Shown piece after piece: positions 8,418 to 18,059 of a stretch of DNA of 64,000 nucleotides. This DNA is from Neptuniibacter sp. (GTDB lineage Bacteria > Pseudomonadota > Gammaproteobacteria > Pseudomonadales > Balneatricaceae), in the NCBI GenBank assembly GCA_050789425.1, contig JAILXS010000003.1, forward strand, positions 162,417-226,416. Direction: 5' to 3'. Within the stretch, counting starts at the first letter, position 1. Each line of letters opens with the position of its first letter. The notes beneath the pieces are model-generated. The model saw nothing but the letters and a program-made list of their open reading frames with translations. It did not search any database and was not told the DNA's origin. The translations under genes were made by a program, and so were the position numbers.

Positions 8418-8511
8418 TAAGGGTGTTTACAGAGAATTGCTTTTAATAACAGAAAGATAGAGGTCTTTGTTGATGGTTTCTTTTAGTGCTTTGGTGCGAC
8501 AAATAATAGAT

Positions 8512-8527
8512 TGTAGTAATTGCGACA
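8512..8527. promoter_or_regulatory. NifA-type UAS (TGTAGTAATTGCGACA)
   Basis: Exact TGT-N10-ACA about 100 bp upstream of the promoter. Confidence 0.7.
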
Positions 8528-8545
8528 ATGACAAGCAGACAAAAA

Positions 8546-8983
8546 TTAATCACCCAGAAGTATTTCGTAGGACTTTTTGAAGAGTAAGCGATCGATGACT
8601 GGAACTTTAAGTAATTCCATAAGAGTTATGTAGTTGCATTCGATATTAAGTTGCGGCGGTTCTGGGGTGTTCAGTTTTACCAATGCTATAGCGGTAAGGT
8701 TTTGGGGGGTTTCTACCCAGCTAAGTAGCGGAGTAACCACTTCAAGGCAGTTGACATCAACGCAAAGCTTTTCTGCCAGTTGCTTTAAAGGTAATGCAAC
8801 GTGTGGTGCGGGTGGCAGTTTTTCATGAGAGATATCAAGCGTTGCCAAAGGATCGAGAGAAGAAGGTAAGCAGGCTGTAGCTTGCTTATTTTCGAGGGAA
8901 ACCAGAAAGTGTAATCTGGCACTGAGCGGATTAAGGTGTACCAGAATAAACTTTAATTCTGCCTGCTGTGGTGATCCGTTCAT
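8546..8983 (-). CDS. Hypothetical protein, 145 aa
   Basis: An ORF at the end of the nifEN...fesI transcription unit. No family recognised. Confidence 0.5.
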   Translation of the reverse strand: MNGSPQQAELKFILVHLNPLSARLHFLVSLENKQATACLPSSLDPLATLDISHEKLPPAPHVALPLKQLAEKLCVDVNCLEVVTPLLSWVETPQNLTAIALVKLNTPEPPQLNIECNYITLMELLKVPVIDRLLFKKSYEILLGD

Positions 8984-9019
8984 TATGAGCAGTCCGTGGT
9001 GATAGGTATTTGGGATAGG

Positions 9020-9391
9020 TTAGATTGTTGGCATTAATGTGATTTCTGAGCGCAGATTGTCTTTGTTCTGGCCCCAGACAGATACCAGCTCGGCCCAGCG
9101 GCCATCTGTGTTTGGTAATTCGCAGATAAGATCAATTTCAAGCATTAGGCTGCCATCACCGTTTATCACAAGGTTGCCTCTGCGCTGGCTGTTTAGATCA
9201 GCCCAGCGCCCACACAACGTTTCCTGACGAGAAAAAGGATCTTCTCTGGACTCAAATGCAAAATTCTCTATTCGGGGTATATTGTCTGAATTGAGACCTG
9301 ATTTTTTAATCGTTGTCTGGGCACACTCCAAAGCATTTTGGATAAGCGCAGTAAACTTCTCTTTGAGCGATATTTCTGCTGTAACCTGCAT
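9020..9391 (-). CDS. Hypothetical protein, 123 aa
   Basis: The ATG at 9391 lies 5 nt after the fesI stop (the ORF track start at 9403 is a TTG). No family recognised. Confidence 0.55.
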   Translation of the reverse strand: MQVTAEISLKEKFTALIQNALECAQTTIKKSGLNSDNIPRIENFAFESREDPFSRQETLCGRWADLNSQRRGNLVINGDGSLMLEIDLICELPNTDGRWAELVSVWGQNKDNLRSEITLMPTI

Positions 9392-9396
9392 AATGA

Positions 9397-9720
9397 TTAC
9401 CAAACGGCTTCCGGTGCCAGGAATTCAGGTATCGGTTCACCCCCGAGTATATGTTGCTCCATGATCTGTGCAGCTTTTTCAGGTGTTACATTGATATACA
9501 GGTAAGATCCTGGATATATCAGTACGTTGGGGCCGCAATCGCATGGGCCCAGGCAGCCGGTTGCTGTAACAGCAGCTTTATTAAACAGATTCCGTTTTGC
9601 GATCTCTTCCGAAAAATACTGTGTGATCTGCGCAGCCCCAGAGGCACCACAACTTCCACGTGGATGTCCCTCTGGGCGCGTTTGGTTACATATAAATAAG
9701 TGAATTTCTGGTTTTGGCAT
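9397..9720 (-). CDS. Thioredoxin-like [2Fe-2S] ferredoxin (FeSI-like)
   Basis: MPKPEIHLFICNQ..CGASG...GCLGPCDCGPNVLIYP, with an AGGAGA RBS before the ATG at 9720. Confidence 0.8.
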   Translation of the reverse strand: MPKPEIHLFICNQTRPEGHPRGSCGASGAAQITQYFSEEIAKRNLFNKAAVTATGCLGPCDCGPNVLIYPGSYLYINVTPEKAAQIMEQHILGGEPIPEFLAPEAVW

Positions 9721-9764
9721 GACAGCTCTCCTGATTTGAGATGGCAACTCTGACTACAGCGTTA

Positions 9765-10073
9765 TCAGGCTGCAGCCTCCTCATGACTATGGCACTTTTT
9801 CGGACAAACGCGAACGCAGGACATGCAACCAATGCAGTCATTCTCGTCTGCAATTGCCATGACCTTCATTTCATCGTCATCATCCCAATCATCATCGTCA
9901 TCGACGTCGTCGTTTAACGCTTCTGAACGATCTACCAGTTCAAATACATCCCTTGGGCATACCTTGTAGCAGCGTCCACAGCCGATGCAGGTTTCCTGGT
10001 TTAGATCATTTATAAAACTAGGGGTCCACTCATCTCCCCCCCGGGTACGCCCTTTAATCAGCTCAGCAGACAT
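9765..10073 (-). CDS. fdxB: nif-specific ferredoxin III (2x[4Fe-4S]) with an Asp-rich insert
   Basis: CIGCGRCYKVCP and CIGCMSCVRVCP motifs. The ATG at 10073 has a GAGGAG RBS. It occupies the usual position after the DUF269/DUF683 genes. Confidence 0.8.
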   Translation of the reverse strand: MSAELIKGRTRGGDEWTPSFINDLNQETCIGCGRCYKVCPRDVFELVDRSEALNDDVDDDDDWDDDDEMKVMAIADENDCIGCMSCVRVCPKKCHSHEEAAA

Positions 10074-10105
10074 ACGACCTCTCCTCAATAAGTTTACTGA
10101 ATGCT

Positions 10106-10309
10106 CTATTGTGCAGCACTCAGTTTTGCCTCGGCCTCTTTCCAGGCCAGACAAGCATTCAGTGTTTTCTGTGCAAGTTCAGGTAATCGTTCGTAATCGG
10201 ACCAGAGTTGATCCTCAACCAGATCATGAACTTCTGATGCGCACTCAGTTGCAATTCGTTTGGCTTTACGTGCTTGTTTTTGAAGCGCCTTAAATTCTTC
10301 ATCAGTCAT
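10106..10309 (-). CDS. Small nif-cluster protein (DUF683 / CCE_0567-like)
   Basis: 67 aa and helical. Its position directly after the NifX-associated protein matches A. vinelandii orf4. Confidence 0.65.
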   Translation of the reverse strand: MTDEEFKALQKQARKAKRIATECASEVHDLVEDQLWSDYERLPELAQKTLNACLAWKEAEAKLSAAQ

Positions 10310-10318
10310 GGCAATCTC

Positions 10319-10789
10319 CTAGGCTTCAGCTGCGTCACGGTATTTAGTGATTGCTGCTATTGCTTTATCGATTAATTTGGTTGCGTCTTCTTCCATTTTT
10401 TCTGGAGAATCAAAGCCAAAGCGATGAACATCACGGAGTGATTTATCTAATGCAACCAATTTGCCAACCATGATGAGCGCACGGCCAAAACCTTCGTGGC
10501 TGAGATTTACCATAGGGACAGCCATCAACTGACATTCTCGTTCAATGCTCACGGCAAGGGCGTTATAAAACGCTTTAACGCGAGAAATGATGATTTCATC
10601 CGGATCACCAACAACAGGGATTTCACGTCGACGTTCTTTGGTGAGGATCATAGGATCCAAAACTTTTTCGTCACTCCAGCTATCGTATGTTCCGTAACTA
10701 TCAACGGCTCTTAATTGCACAATCATCTGTTTGATGAAAGGCGAGTTCATAACTTCGCTGCCTTCGGCAACACATAGTGCTTCACTCAT
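10319..10789 (-). CDS. NifX-associated nitrogen fixation protein (DUF269)
   Basis: 156 aa immediately downstream of nifX. The sequence and position match the conserved orf3 of nifENX operons. Confidence 0.8.
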   Translation of the reverse strand: MSEALCVAEGSEVMNSPFIKQMIVQLRAVDSYGTYDSWSDEKVLDPMILTKERRREIPVVGDPDEIIISRVKAFYNALAVSIERECQLMAVPMVNLSHEGFGRALIMVGKLVALDKSLRDVHRFGFDSPEKMEEDATKLIDKAIAAITKYRDAAEA

Positions 10790-10820
10790 GATTTACTCCC
10801 CAGCTCTAAATAGAATTTGT

Positions 10821-11294
10821 TTATTCTTCCCAACTGTTACTGTCCATTGGGCTGAATGTATTACCTAATAACCGTTTTTCCCGTTCAATGGCTTTGGCAA
10901 GCCAGCTGCCGGGCCCTTGCTTGATCTCTTTCTGTAATGCCTTTATTAGCTCATGTACAGGGGCTTCTTCGGTAACTCGGATCGGCTGTATACCTGTGGT
11001 GATTAACCGTCTTACTGCGGAAGCACCGCAGGCATAGCTGTATACTGCTGCGCAGCCGTCGAGATAATCGATTCTTGCTTGTAGCTTATCCTCGCCATGC
11101 TCCATATCGTCACAAAACTCTGCAACAGATAGCAGGTCTGCCTGAGTCATGGATATTCCATAGATCTGTATGGTCTGGGCGTAACCAAAATGCTGATTCA
11201 CGGTCTTGCCATCACTGGTTGAAAACGCCACACGTAACATGTAATTTTCATTGGATTCCCGGACGACATTCAGGTGACGTGACACCGGAACCAT
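10821..11294 (-). CDS. nifX: FeMo-cofactor carrier NifX
   Basis: The ATG at 11294 lies directly after the nifN TGA, giving 157 aa. It reads RVAFSTSDGKTVNQHFG...YACGASAVRRL. Confidence 0.9.
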   Translation of the reverse strand: MVPVSRHLNVVRESNENYMLRVAFSTSDGKTVNQHFGYAQTIQIYGISMTQADLLSVAEFCDDMEHGEDKLQARIDYLDGCAAVYSYACGASAVRRLITTGIQPIRVTEEAPVHELIKALQKEIKQGPGSWLAKAIEREKRLLGNTFSPMDSNSWEE

Positions 11295-11295
11295 A

Positions 11296-12681
11296 TCAAC
11301 CTCCCTGCTGGTGTCGGATGTCGGCTCTCTCTTCTTCCCGTTTCTGAGAATAAACGGAGTAATAAGGAGAGATCTCTTCATGTTGGGCTACTCGCATATT
11401 GGCAATATCAAACAATGCCTGTTGAATGCCACGGTAACCTACCCAAACTCGGTTAAATCCCCCCAGGTGGTCATACTGCGGAAATCCTGCCCTCAGATGA
11501 GGTAGATGTAGCCTCTCTGAGCACTCAGCCAGATGGCTGTTTCCGATCACAAATTCGGCTTTGTTTTCCAATGCCAGTTGCTCAAGATCCTGAAGGTCAC
11601 CTTTCTGCACAGTTTCCAATGCAATCTGCTTAAGAGCGGGTCCTTTATCGGGACTGACAGCAGCAACAACTTCACCGCCCATGCTGACGACAAGGTCATG
11701 CATTGCGAGAAGCAGATCAGGATCGGCGGCTATAGCAACACGCAGTTGCCCCAGCATAAAGTGGGTGTCGAGCATGGCGTCCTGAAGCTGACGGCGCTGC
11801 CTGCGCCAGCGGTTAGGGACCGGCATGCCCGACAGATCAGACAGAGTCATAAGCCAGCGATCGACCTCTGTCATGGTGTGGAGGTGGGGGAAAGCTGTGT
11901 AGGGCACACCGGTTTTATCGTTTAATTTTTTTGCGGCGGTTTCCAGAGAGCTACCAACCACCAGGGTCATACGGCTCTCTGCAGCAATACTGAGTTCATC
12001 CATGGTCAGTCCACCTGTTGTAAGCGAACTGAACTCTTCATTGGGAAGGTGCCCATCAAGTGAGCGTGAAAGGTCCGGAATCAGTAATGGTCTTAGCCCA
12101 AAACTCTCAACGGTATCGATTACAAATTCCAAATCACCTGGAGTCAGGTGGCTGCCACATAAAATATTGACCTGTTTTGCACGAAGCCCAGACCTTTCAC
12201 TGGGTTCAATCAGCTGATCTATGATAGCGGCGGTAGCTGAAGCATAACCTGTTTCAAAGCAGCCGCTGAAATCAGGCACATTCACTTTCACTACAGCGAC
12301 TTTTTCATGTTCCGGGTAACGCTTACGGAACTCATGAATTGCGAGATTCATATCACAACCCTGAGTTTCAGCGAGGCCTGTAGAGCAAACTCCTATGATT
12401 GCTGGTTTCTGCTTTTCTGAGATAGTTTTAAGGGCCTCAACCACATTCTCGTCAGCGCCCATCACAGAGCTGACCTGATCCATGGCGGTTGTCTGAAGCG
12501 GGATCGGCTCTCTGAAATGACGAACAAAGAATACTTTTGCAAAGGCGGTACAACCCTGGCTGCCATGCATCAGCGGCATTGCGTTACTGAAGCCAAGAAA
12601 AGCCAGTGTGGCGCCCATGGTTTGACTGGCTTTGAGCGGATTAACTGAGAGTGCCTTTTTACGTTTATTTAAGGTAGCCAT
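11296..12681 (-). CDS. nifN: FeMo-cofactor scaffold subunit NifN
   Basis: 461 aa with [32 protein letters not shown]. Confidence 0.95.
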   Translation of the reverse strand: MATLNKRKKALSVNPLKASQTMGATLAFLGFSNAMPLMHGSQGCTAFAKVFFVRHFREPIPLQTTAMDQVSSVMGADENVVEALKTISEKQKPAIIGVCSTGLAETQGCDMNLAIHEFRKRYPEHEKVAVVKVNVPDFSGCFETGYASATAAIIDQLIEPSERSGLRAKQVNILCGSHLTPGDLEFVIDTVESFGLRPLLIPDLSRSLDGHLPNEEFSSLTTGGLTMDELSIAAESRMTLVVGSSLETAAKKLNDKTGVPYTAFPHLHTMTEVDRWLMTLSDLSGMPVPNRWRRQRRQLQDAMLDTHFMLGQLRVAIAADPDLLLAMHDLVVSMGGEVVAAVSPDKGPALKQIALETVQKGDLQDLEQLALENKAEFVIGNSHLAECSERLHLPHLRAGFPQYDHLGGFNRVWVGYRGIQQALFDIANMRVAQHEEISPYYSVYSQKREEERADIRHQQGG

Positions 12682-12683
12682 AC

Positions 12684-14093
12684 TCAGCCCTCCATCTGTA
12701 ACAGTTCAGTTTCAGTCGTGGAATCGCCCCAGGGTGCGGGCTCGCGAACGGCTGACCAGATTGGGCTTTCAATGGTAATCGCCAGTTGTTTTACAAGCTC
12801 CAACATGCCGTCGTAGCCGGCATAGCCAAACTCACGTTCCTGGTTGATGTCCAGAAACGGAATACGAGCTTTAAGTGCTGTGTAAAGGTTCCGGCCACCC
12901 GCAATCAGGATGTCGGCTTTATATTCGTGAACAATATTGATCAGCTCTTTAGCACCACCCTCTTCGATCATTTTGGTGTCTTCACCCATCAGTTCTCGAA
13001 TTCGGGCTTTATCTTCTTCGGTAGACTTCTTGGTGCCCGTCGCTACGACAACCATGCCGAGGTCCTGCAAGGCTGAAACTACTGACCAGGATTTAACCCC
13101 GCCGGTGTAAAGTAATACCCGTTTGCCACTGAGACGTTCTCGCCAGGGTTCTAGTGCATCACGGATCTTCTGCTCTTCTCGCTCGATCAGTTTCTCGGTG
13201 CGGTCTGTGAGATCCGGGTCATCGATCAAACGAGCAAAGTCCCGCAAGGCCTGAGATGTATCAGAAATGCCGTAGAAACTGCCTTCAAACCAAGGGGTGC
13301 CATAGCGGTCTTCAAGCTTACGGGCAACATTAACCATCGCTTTAGAGCAAACCATCATATTAACTTCGGCGCGATGCATGGACTGAACTTCATGGAAACG
13401 AGCATCACCTGACAGTGTGCAGAGTACGCGTATGCCCAGTTCATCCAGTAGTGGTAATACATGCCAGAATTCACCTGCAATGTTGTACTCACCCACTAGG
13501 TTCACATCGTGAATCGTCATGCCTGGAGTTGTAGGCTCTGGCTTAGGTTCAGGTTCTTTGGTTCCGATAACGTGCTTAACCATTGCTTCACCGGCAATGC
13601 GGTTGCCGAGATTTTTTGTGCCATAAAAGCCAGCACCATCTACCGGTACTACCGGTGTTCCCCACTGTTCTGTAGCCGCTTTACATACAGCGTCGACATC
13701 ATCGCCGATTAAAGCAGGAACACAGGTGTTATAGACAAAAACAGCCGCGGGATCATATTCTTCAACTGCCTGTTTAATTGAGTGATACAGGCGTTTTTCA
13801 CCCCGACCCATAATGACGTCTTGTTCGGTAAGGTCGGTGGTCATTCCTATGCGGTATAGCTCCGGGCCGCTTGAGCGTGTTCCGCGGTTATCCCATGAGC
13901 TACCTGCGCAGGCAATCGGTCCGTGCACAATATGAGCTACATCCGCAATGGGTAACAAAGCAATCTGCGCTCCGTCAAAAGCACAACCACCCGCAGACGC
14001 ACCCGGTTGGGGTTTTGCACAACCAGATTTCTCCTTTTTGTTGTGCTCACAAGCGGGTTCGTCAAGTAACTCAGCAATCTCTTTGGCTTTCAT
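12684..14093 (-). CDS. nifE: FeMo-cofactor scaffold subunit NifE
   Basis: 469 aa with GCAFDGA...HGPIACAG, homologous to NifD. Confidence 0.95.
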   Translation of the reverse strand: MKAKEIAELLDEPACEHNKKEKSGCAKPQPGASAGGCAFDGAQIALLPIADVAHIVHGPIACAGSSWDNRGTRSSGPELYRIGMTTDLTEQDVIMGRGEKRLYHSIKQAVEEYDPAAVFVYNTCVPALIGDDVDAVCKAATEQWGTPVVPVDGAGFYGTKNLGNRIAGEAMVKHVIGTKEPEPKPEPTTPGMTIHDVNLVGEYNIAGEFWHVLPLLDELGIRVLCTLSGDARFHEVQSMHRAEVNMMVCSKAMVNVARKLEDRYGTPWFEGSFYGISDTSQALRDFARLIDDPDLTDRTEKLIEREEQKIRDALEPWRERLSGKRVLLYTGGVKSWSVVSALQDLGMVVVATGTKKSTEEDKARIRELMGEDTKMIEEGGAKELINIVHEYKADILIAGGRNLYTALKARIPFLDINQEREFGYAGYDGMLELVKQLAITIESPIWSAVREPAPWGDSTTETELLQMEG

Positions 14094-14169
14094 ATTTACC
14101 TCCGATCTGTAAAAGATCTGCGGATTGTGCGTGACATTTTTTCACTAAAAAGAGTTTATAAAGTGATAA

Positions 14170-14185
14170 TGCAACAGATATACCA
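14170..14185 (-). promoter_or_regulatory. Sigma54 promoter of nifEN (TGGTAT-ATCTG-TTGCA)
   Basis: Strong consensus, ending 77 nt upstream of the nifE ATG. Confidence 0.8.
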
Positions 14186-14224
14186 GCGGTAACTCATTGA
14201 TTTTTAGTGAAAGGGGTTCATGGA

Positions 14225-14240
14225 TGTAGCAAAGATGACA
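14225..14240. promoter_or_regulatory. NifA-type UAS (TGTAGCAAAGATGACA)
   Basis: Exact TGT-N10-ACA only about 40-55 bp upstream of the promoter, so unusually close. Confidence 0.6.
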
Positions 14241-14271
14241 TAACAACCCCACACTTAAAAAAACAGCTTTG

Positions 14272-15012
14272 TTAACTATTCGACAAACGTTCTTTTACCA
14301 AACTGCTGACTTCAGGATCAGGATCGTCGGTCAAACCTTCTAAGAGGTTTAACGGTGCTCTCATTGCAGCGGTAAGTCGTACTGTCCAGTCCGGATCTTC
14401 AAGCATTAAGGCCATCTCTTCCGGTTCCATCCTTTCAGCAACTATTCGTCTTACTTCGGACTCCGGGTCGTTGGACATCAATGCAAGGCTTACAATGGGT
14501 AGACGTTTGGCAACAATTTTTCTTACCTGGCGATCTTCATCTCTGATCATGCGAAATAAACGACCTTCAGGTATCCGCTGTGCCACATAGGCACGTACCA
14601 AGTAGTCTTGGTCTTCAGCCATTTGCTCCAGTTGTTCGAGATTAATGCGATCGGCAACCGTGATCCTCACTTCGCGATCTTCGTCATTCATCAATTTGGC
14701 AAGCTGATCGCGAGGCAAACGGTAGGCAACCGCTCTGCGCACGGCTTCATCCGGGTCATTAACCATTTTTTCGAGCGCTGTTAAGGGTGAATAGCGAACC
14801 GCAATGGCTCTGCGTTCCCAAAAACTGTCTTGTAAGTAATAAAGGGACAGTTCCGGATTCACTCTTAAAAACCGGTCTATCTGACGACCGCTTTGAGCCA
14901 CAATGCATGCATCACCCGGGATACAGCGCCCGGCCAGAAGTAATGTGGACTTAAAGCGGCAGAGCCGACAATCTGCAACAGGTGTCAGATCGTCTCCGTT
15001 AGTCATCATCAA
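14272..15012 (-). CDS. lrv: Leucine-rich-variant (LRV) repeat protein with an N-terminal Cys cluster
   Basis: The N-terminus carries CRLC..C..C. It is followed by repeated ~24-aa DxDxxVRxxVAxRLP units, as in the A. vinelandii Lrv protein between nifY and nifE. Confidence 0.8.
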   Translation of the reverse strand: MMMTNGDDLTPVADCRLCRFKSTLLLAGRCIPGDACIVAQSGRQIDRFLRVNPELSLYYLQDSFWERRAIAVRYSPLTALEKMVNDPDEAVRRAVAYRLPRDQLAKLMNDEDREVRITVADRINLEQLEQMAEDQDYLVRAYVAQRIPEGRLFRMIRDEDRQVRKIVAKRLPIVSLALMSNDPESEVRRIVAERMEPEEMALMLEDPDWTVRLTAAMRAPLNLLEGLTDDPDPEVSSLVKERLSNS

Positions 15013-15271
15013 TCACCTCGGCAATGACTACTCCACTTGAGCTTTCGGGATCATTTGTCAGGCATGAACAGTGGTTGTCGGAATTGACCAGATAGAGGTT
15101 AAACCCTTTCCCTTCACTGTATGGCTTGGCAGTTGCTCCGATGTCGTCGTCAAAACACCAGTTGAAGTGGATCTCCGGAAAGTGCTTGCGAAGTGCAGAT
15201 ACAAGTTCTTCCCCGATCTCTTCCTGGCTCACAAATTGATTGATTTCGTTTAGTTCTGCGACTTCAATCAT
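14999..15271 (-). CDS. Small conserved nif-cluster protein (orf1-like), 90 aa
   Basis: ATGA overlap with the nifY stop. The position matches the orf1 that follows nifY in Azotobacter-type clusters. Confidence 0.6.
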   Translation of the reverse strand: MIEVAELNEINQFVSQEEIGEELVSALRKHFPEIHFNWCFDDDIGATAKPYSEGKGFNLYLVNSDNHCSCLTNDPESSSGVVIAEVIDDD

Positions 15272-15978
15272 GCCTCTTCCTCCTCTGTTTGGGAGAAACG
15301 AATACGTTCTTCAGGTGTCTGCCCCATTACTTTGGCAAGCCATGGTGGAGGGTTGTTTGCAATGACAGCAGATAAATCGGTCATGCGTTCAAGGCTATCA
15401 CCACCGTCTGGTTGTTTTATTGGATGCAAACCTGCACGAATGACTTTGGCAGCAGCTGGCCCACCGATAGAAACTGTGTAAAGAAGTTGGCAGTCTTTGA
15501 TCAGTCCGGCACGGAATACATTTTTGTCTTCCGTATCTTTAGGGACTATCGCTTCGCGAATATCGATCAGTCGGAATTCTTTATCTGAAACCTGATACAC
15601 AAGATAACGGGAGCAGGAACCAAAATGGCCGTCGATCAAGGTGGTGTGATTTGAAGCGCAGGCAACTTTTATGGAGCCTGGCATATCGCCTTCTGTATAA
15701 GGTACGGTTTCTGGAAGAGGTTCCTCTTCCATACTGACGCCAATGCCTTTTAGAAGGTTGATCGCCTGTTTCAGGAAACTGGGTTCAATCTCATCCAGTT
15801 CACCGCCTGAAGCCTGGCGTAATTTGTTGACTTTAAGGCGAGCTAGTTTGGTCTCGGTAATTGGCAGACCAACCGCATCTACCAAAACAGTCATCAGACG
15901 CTTAGCATCTGTATCCGGGAGTGCTCTGGATGCGAGGCCTATACGTAAAGCAACCTCATTGGAAATCTGAGTTGACAT
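15268..15978 (-). CDS. nifY: NifY/NafY-type FeMo-cofactor insertion chaperone
   Basis: 236 aa with an N-terminal NafY-type domain and a C-terminal NifX-like domain (KVACASNHTTLIDGHFGSC..VSIGGPAAAKV). It lies after nifT. Confidence 0.8.
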   Translation of the reverse strand: MSTQISNEVALRIGLASRALPDTDAKRLMTVLVDAVGLPITETKLARLKVNKLRQASGGELDEIEPSFLKQAINLLKGIGVSMEEEPLPETVPYTEGDMPGSIKVACASNHTTLIDGHFGSCSRYLVYQVSDKEFRLIDIREAIVPKDTEDKNVFRAGLIKDCQLLYTVSIGGPAAAKVIRAGLHPIKQPDGGDSLERMTDLSAVIANNPPPWLAKVMGQTPEERIRFSQTEEEEA

Positions 15979-15990
15979 GACAACACCTCC

Positions 15991-16203
15991 TTATCCTCGA
16001 CGTGCTCTGAGAGTTTTAGGCAACGAAGGTGCCTCGCTCAGAGGGTCAATAAAATACTTAGTGCCGTCGGTGAGTTCGATTAACCCGCCCCACTTGTCCT
16101 CAGCTTCAAACTCAATTGAAGCGATCTCATCTTCCTGGTCTTTTTTAGCAACGTAGAGGGTCATTTTCCCCTCACTATCTTTGCGAATCATAACGTTAGG
16201 CAT
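15991..16203 (-). CDS. nifT: NifT
   Basis: The internal ATG at 16203 has a GGAG RBS. It gives 70 aa, MPNVMIRKDSEGKMTLYVAKKD...LPKTLRARRG, matching the NifT family. Confidence 0.9.
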   Translation of the reverse strand: MPNVMIRKDSEGKMTLYVAKKDQEDEIASIEFEAEDKWGGLIELTDGTKYFIDPLSEAPSLPKTLRARRG

Positions 16204-16233
16204 AACTAAGTCTCCGACAACAACAGTAAGATC

Positions 16234-16251
16234 GGGGCAGTACCCTGCCCC
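16234..16251 (-). other. GC-rich stem-loop in the nifK-nifT spacer (GGGGCAG-tacc-CTGCCCC)
   Basis: A 7-bp perfect stem with no following T-tract on the minus strand. Confidence 0.4.
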
Positions 16252-16380
16252 TGATGGGATTACTTTGGGATTGATAACGAAAAGCTCGGGGACATACCCA
16301 CTGGCGTTAGCCAGTGAGTACAAAGCAGACCAATTATCTGATGCCCGAAAGCAATCTGTAGTCACTACAATGACAAGGGC

Positions 16381-17952
16381 TTAACGCACCAGGTCATAGT
16401 TGTAGTCTGTGGTCTGCATACCACGGGTTTCGTCATCCAGACGCTCCAACACTGCGTTAACAATAGTAGTTAACATCTGCATAGCACCTTCATAACCTAA
16501 GGTAGTCTGGCGATGCATGTGATGACGGTCGAAGATTGGGAAGCCCAGACGGATCAAAGGTACTTCAAACTCTTTACCTTTGTGCAAAGTATCACGGGAG
16601 ATCTCTTTACCGTATGAGTTACCGATCAGGAAGTCCGGCTTATTAGTGAAACACAGGGAACGCATGTGCCACAGGTCTTTACCAATATGAACTTCACAAT
16701 CAGCACCAAATGGAGATTCAGCAAGCATTGCTTCCATTGCTTTTTTCCAACGCTTGTTAGCGTGGTTACACAGAATATGTGTAGGTTCAGCGCCTAGCTC
16801 CATCAGGAACTTAGATAGACCCATTACAAAGTCTGCATCTCCGTACAATGCGAACTTCTTACCATGTAACCAAGTGTGAGAATCGGTCATAGCGTCTACA
16901 AGACGGCCACGCTCAATTTCAAGCTTCTCACCTACTGGTTTACCGGTAATTTTAGACACTTCCATCAGGAATTCGTCAGTCCAATCCAGACCCATAGGGA
17001 TGTTCAGCTTAGGAACTTCATGTTTCCAAGTGTTGGATACGAATTTCTTGGTTTTAACAAGCTGCCAAGGCTGCAACATGATGGTATTAAGTGCATTTGG
17101 TGCATCCTTAATCTCATCCATTGTTGTACCACCTTCATACATACGGTACTGACCATCAGCAGGTGTATCCAAAACTTCTGTTGGATCGGATAGCAGATTC
17201 GCATCTACACCCATATCTTCCATCATACGGTTGATTACACGGAAGTTACCCAGATAAGTTTCAAAACCTGGAACCAGGTTCAGCTTACCGTTACTACCAA
17301 CTTCCTTATCTTCCATGTAGTTCAGAGTAAAGTAACGAGCAATACCCTCGAACATGTTGTCCCAACCGGTTGTGTGGCTACCCACGAAACTCGGTGTATG
17401 AGCAAACGGAGTTGGGAACTCCTGCTCGATATGGCCTTCTTTTTTCGCGTTACCAATGAACGCGTTAAGGTCATCACCGATTACCTCAGCCATACAGGTA
17501 GTAGAAACTGCAATCATCTCTGGCTTGTACAGTGCTTTCGCATTTTCCAAACCATCGAACATGTTTTTCTGACCACCAAATACCGCTGCGTCCTCTGTCA
17601 TAGAGTCTGATACGCAAGCAACAGGTTCTTTGAAGTGACGGTTAAAGTAAGTACGGAAGTAAGCAACACAACCCTGTGAACCGTGTACATATGGCAGAGT
17701 TTTTTCAAAACCCAGTGCACACAGTACAGCGCCCAGAGGCTGACATGCTTTAGCAGGGTTAACCGTTAGCGCTTCACGCTGGAAGTTAAGCTCCTGATAC
17801 TCTTCTGTTGTCGTCCACTGGAAAACTTCATCGATCTTTTCCTGTGGGTGTTTTTCCTCGAAATTATCACGCTTCTTAGCCAGCATGTCCTGGTAGTCAT
17901 CTTCCAGGAACAGCGGATAACTCGGTTTGATATTGTCTACTGATTGACTCAT
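16381..17952 (-). CDS. nifK: Nitrogenase MoFe protein beta chain NifK
   Basis: 523 aa with ALTVNPAKACQPLGA..YVHGSQGCVAY. Confidence 0.97.
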   Translation of the reverse strand: MSQSVDNIKPSYPLFLEDDYQDMLAKKRDNFEEKHPQEKIDEVFQWTTTEEYQELNFQREALTVNPAKACQPLGAVLCALGFEKTLPYVHGSQGCVAYFRTYFNRHFKEPVACVSDSMTEDAAVFGGQKNMFDGLENAKALYKPEMIAVSTTCMAEVIGDDLNAFIGNAKKEGHIEQEFPTPFAHTPSFVGSHTTGWDNMFEGIARYFTLNYMEDKEVGSNGKLNLVPGFETYLGNFRVINRMMEDMGVDANLLSDPTEVLDTPADGQYRMYEGGTTMDEIKDAPNALNTIMLQPWQLVKTKKFVSNTWKHEVPKLNIPMGLDWTDEFLMEVSKITGKPVGEKLEIERGRLVDAMTDSHTWLHGKKFALYGDADFVMGLSKFLMELGAEPTHILCNHANKRWKKAMEAMLAESPFGADCEVHIGKDLWHMRSLCFTNKPDFLIGNSYGKEISRDTLHKGKEFEVPLIRLGFPIFDRHHMHRQTTLGYEGAMQMLTTIVNAVLERLDDETRGMQTTDYNYDLVR

Positions 17953-18059
17953 TTCAATCTCTCCTCCCGCGCCACTAATCTGTGAACAAACGGGTTAACA
18001 TGGGTAGAAGTGCTCACGATGCATTGCGCTAACAAGCACCGTGAACCTCTAAAGCCAAC

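Noticed and set aside
17953-18059. Possible secondary structure in the 107-nt nifD-nifK spacer (GTGCT...AGCAC and CACG...CGTG segments).
   Set aside because: The complementary segments are not nested into a single stable hairpin, so I could not fold a convincing structure by eye.
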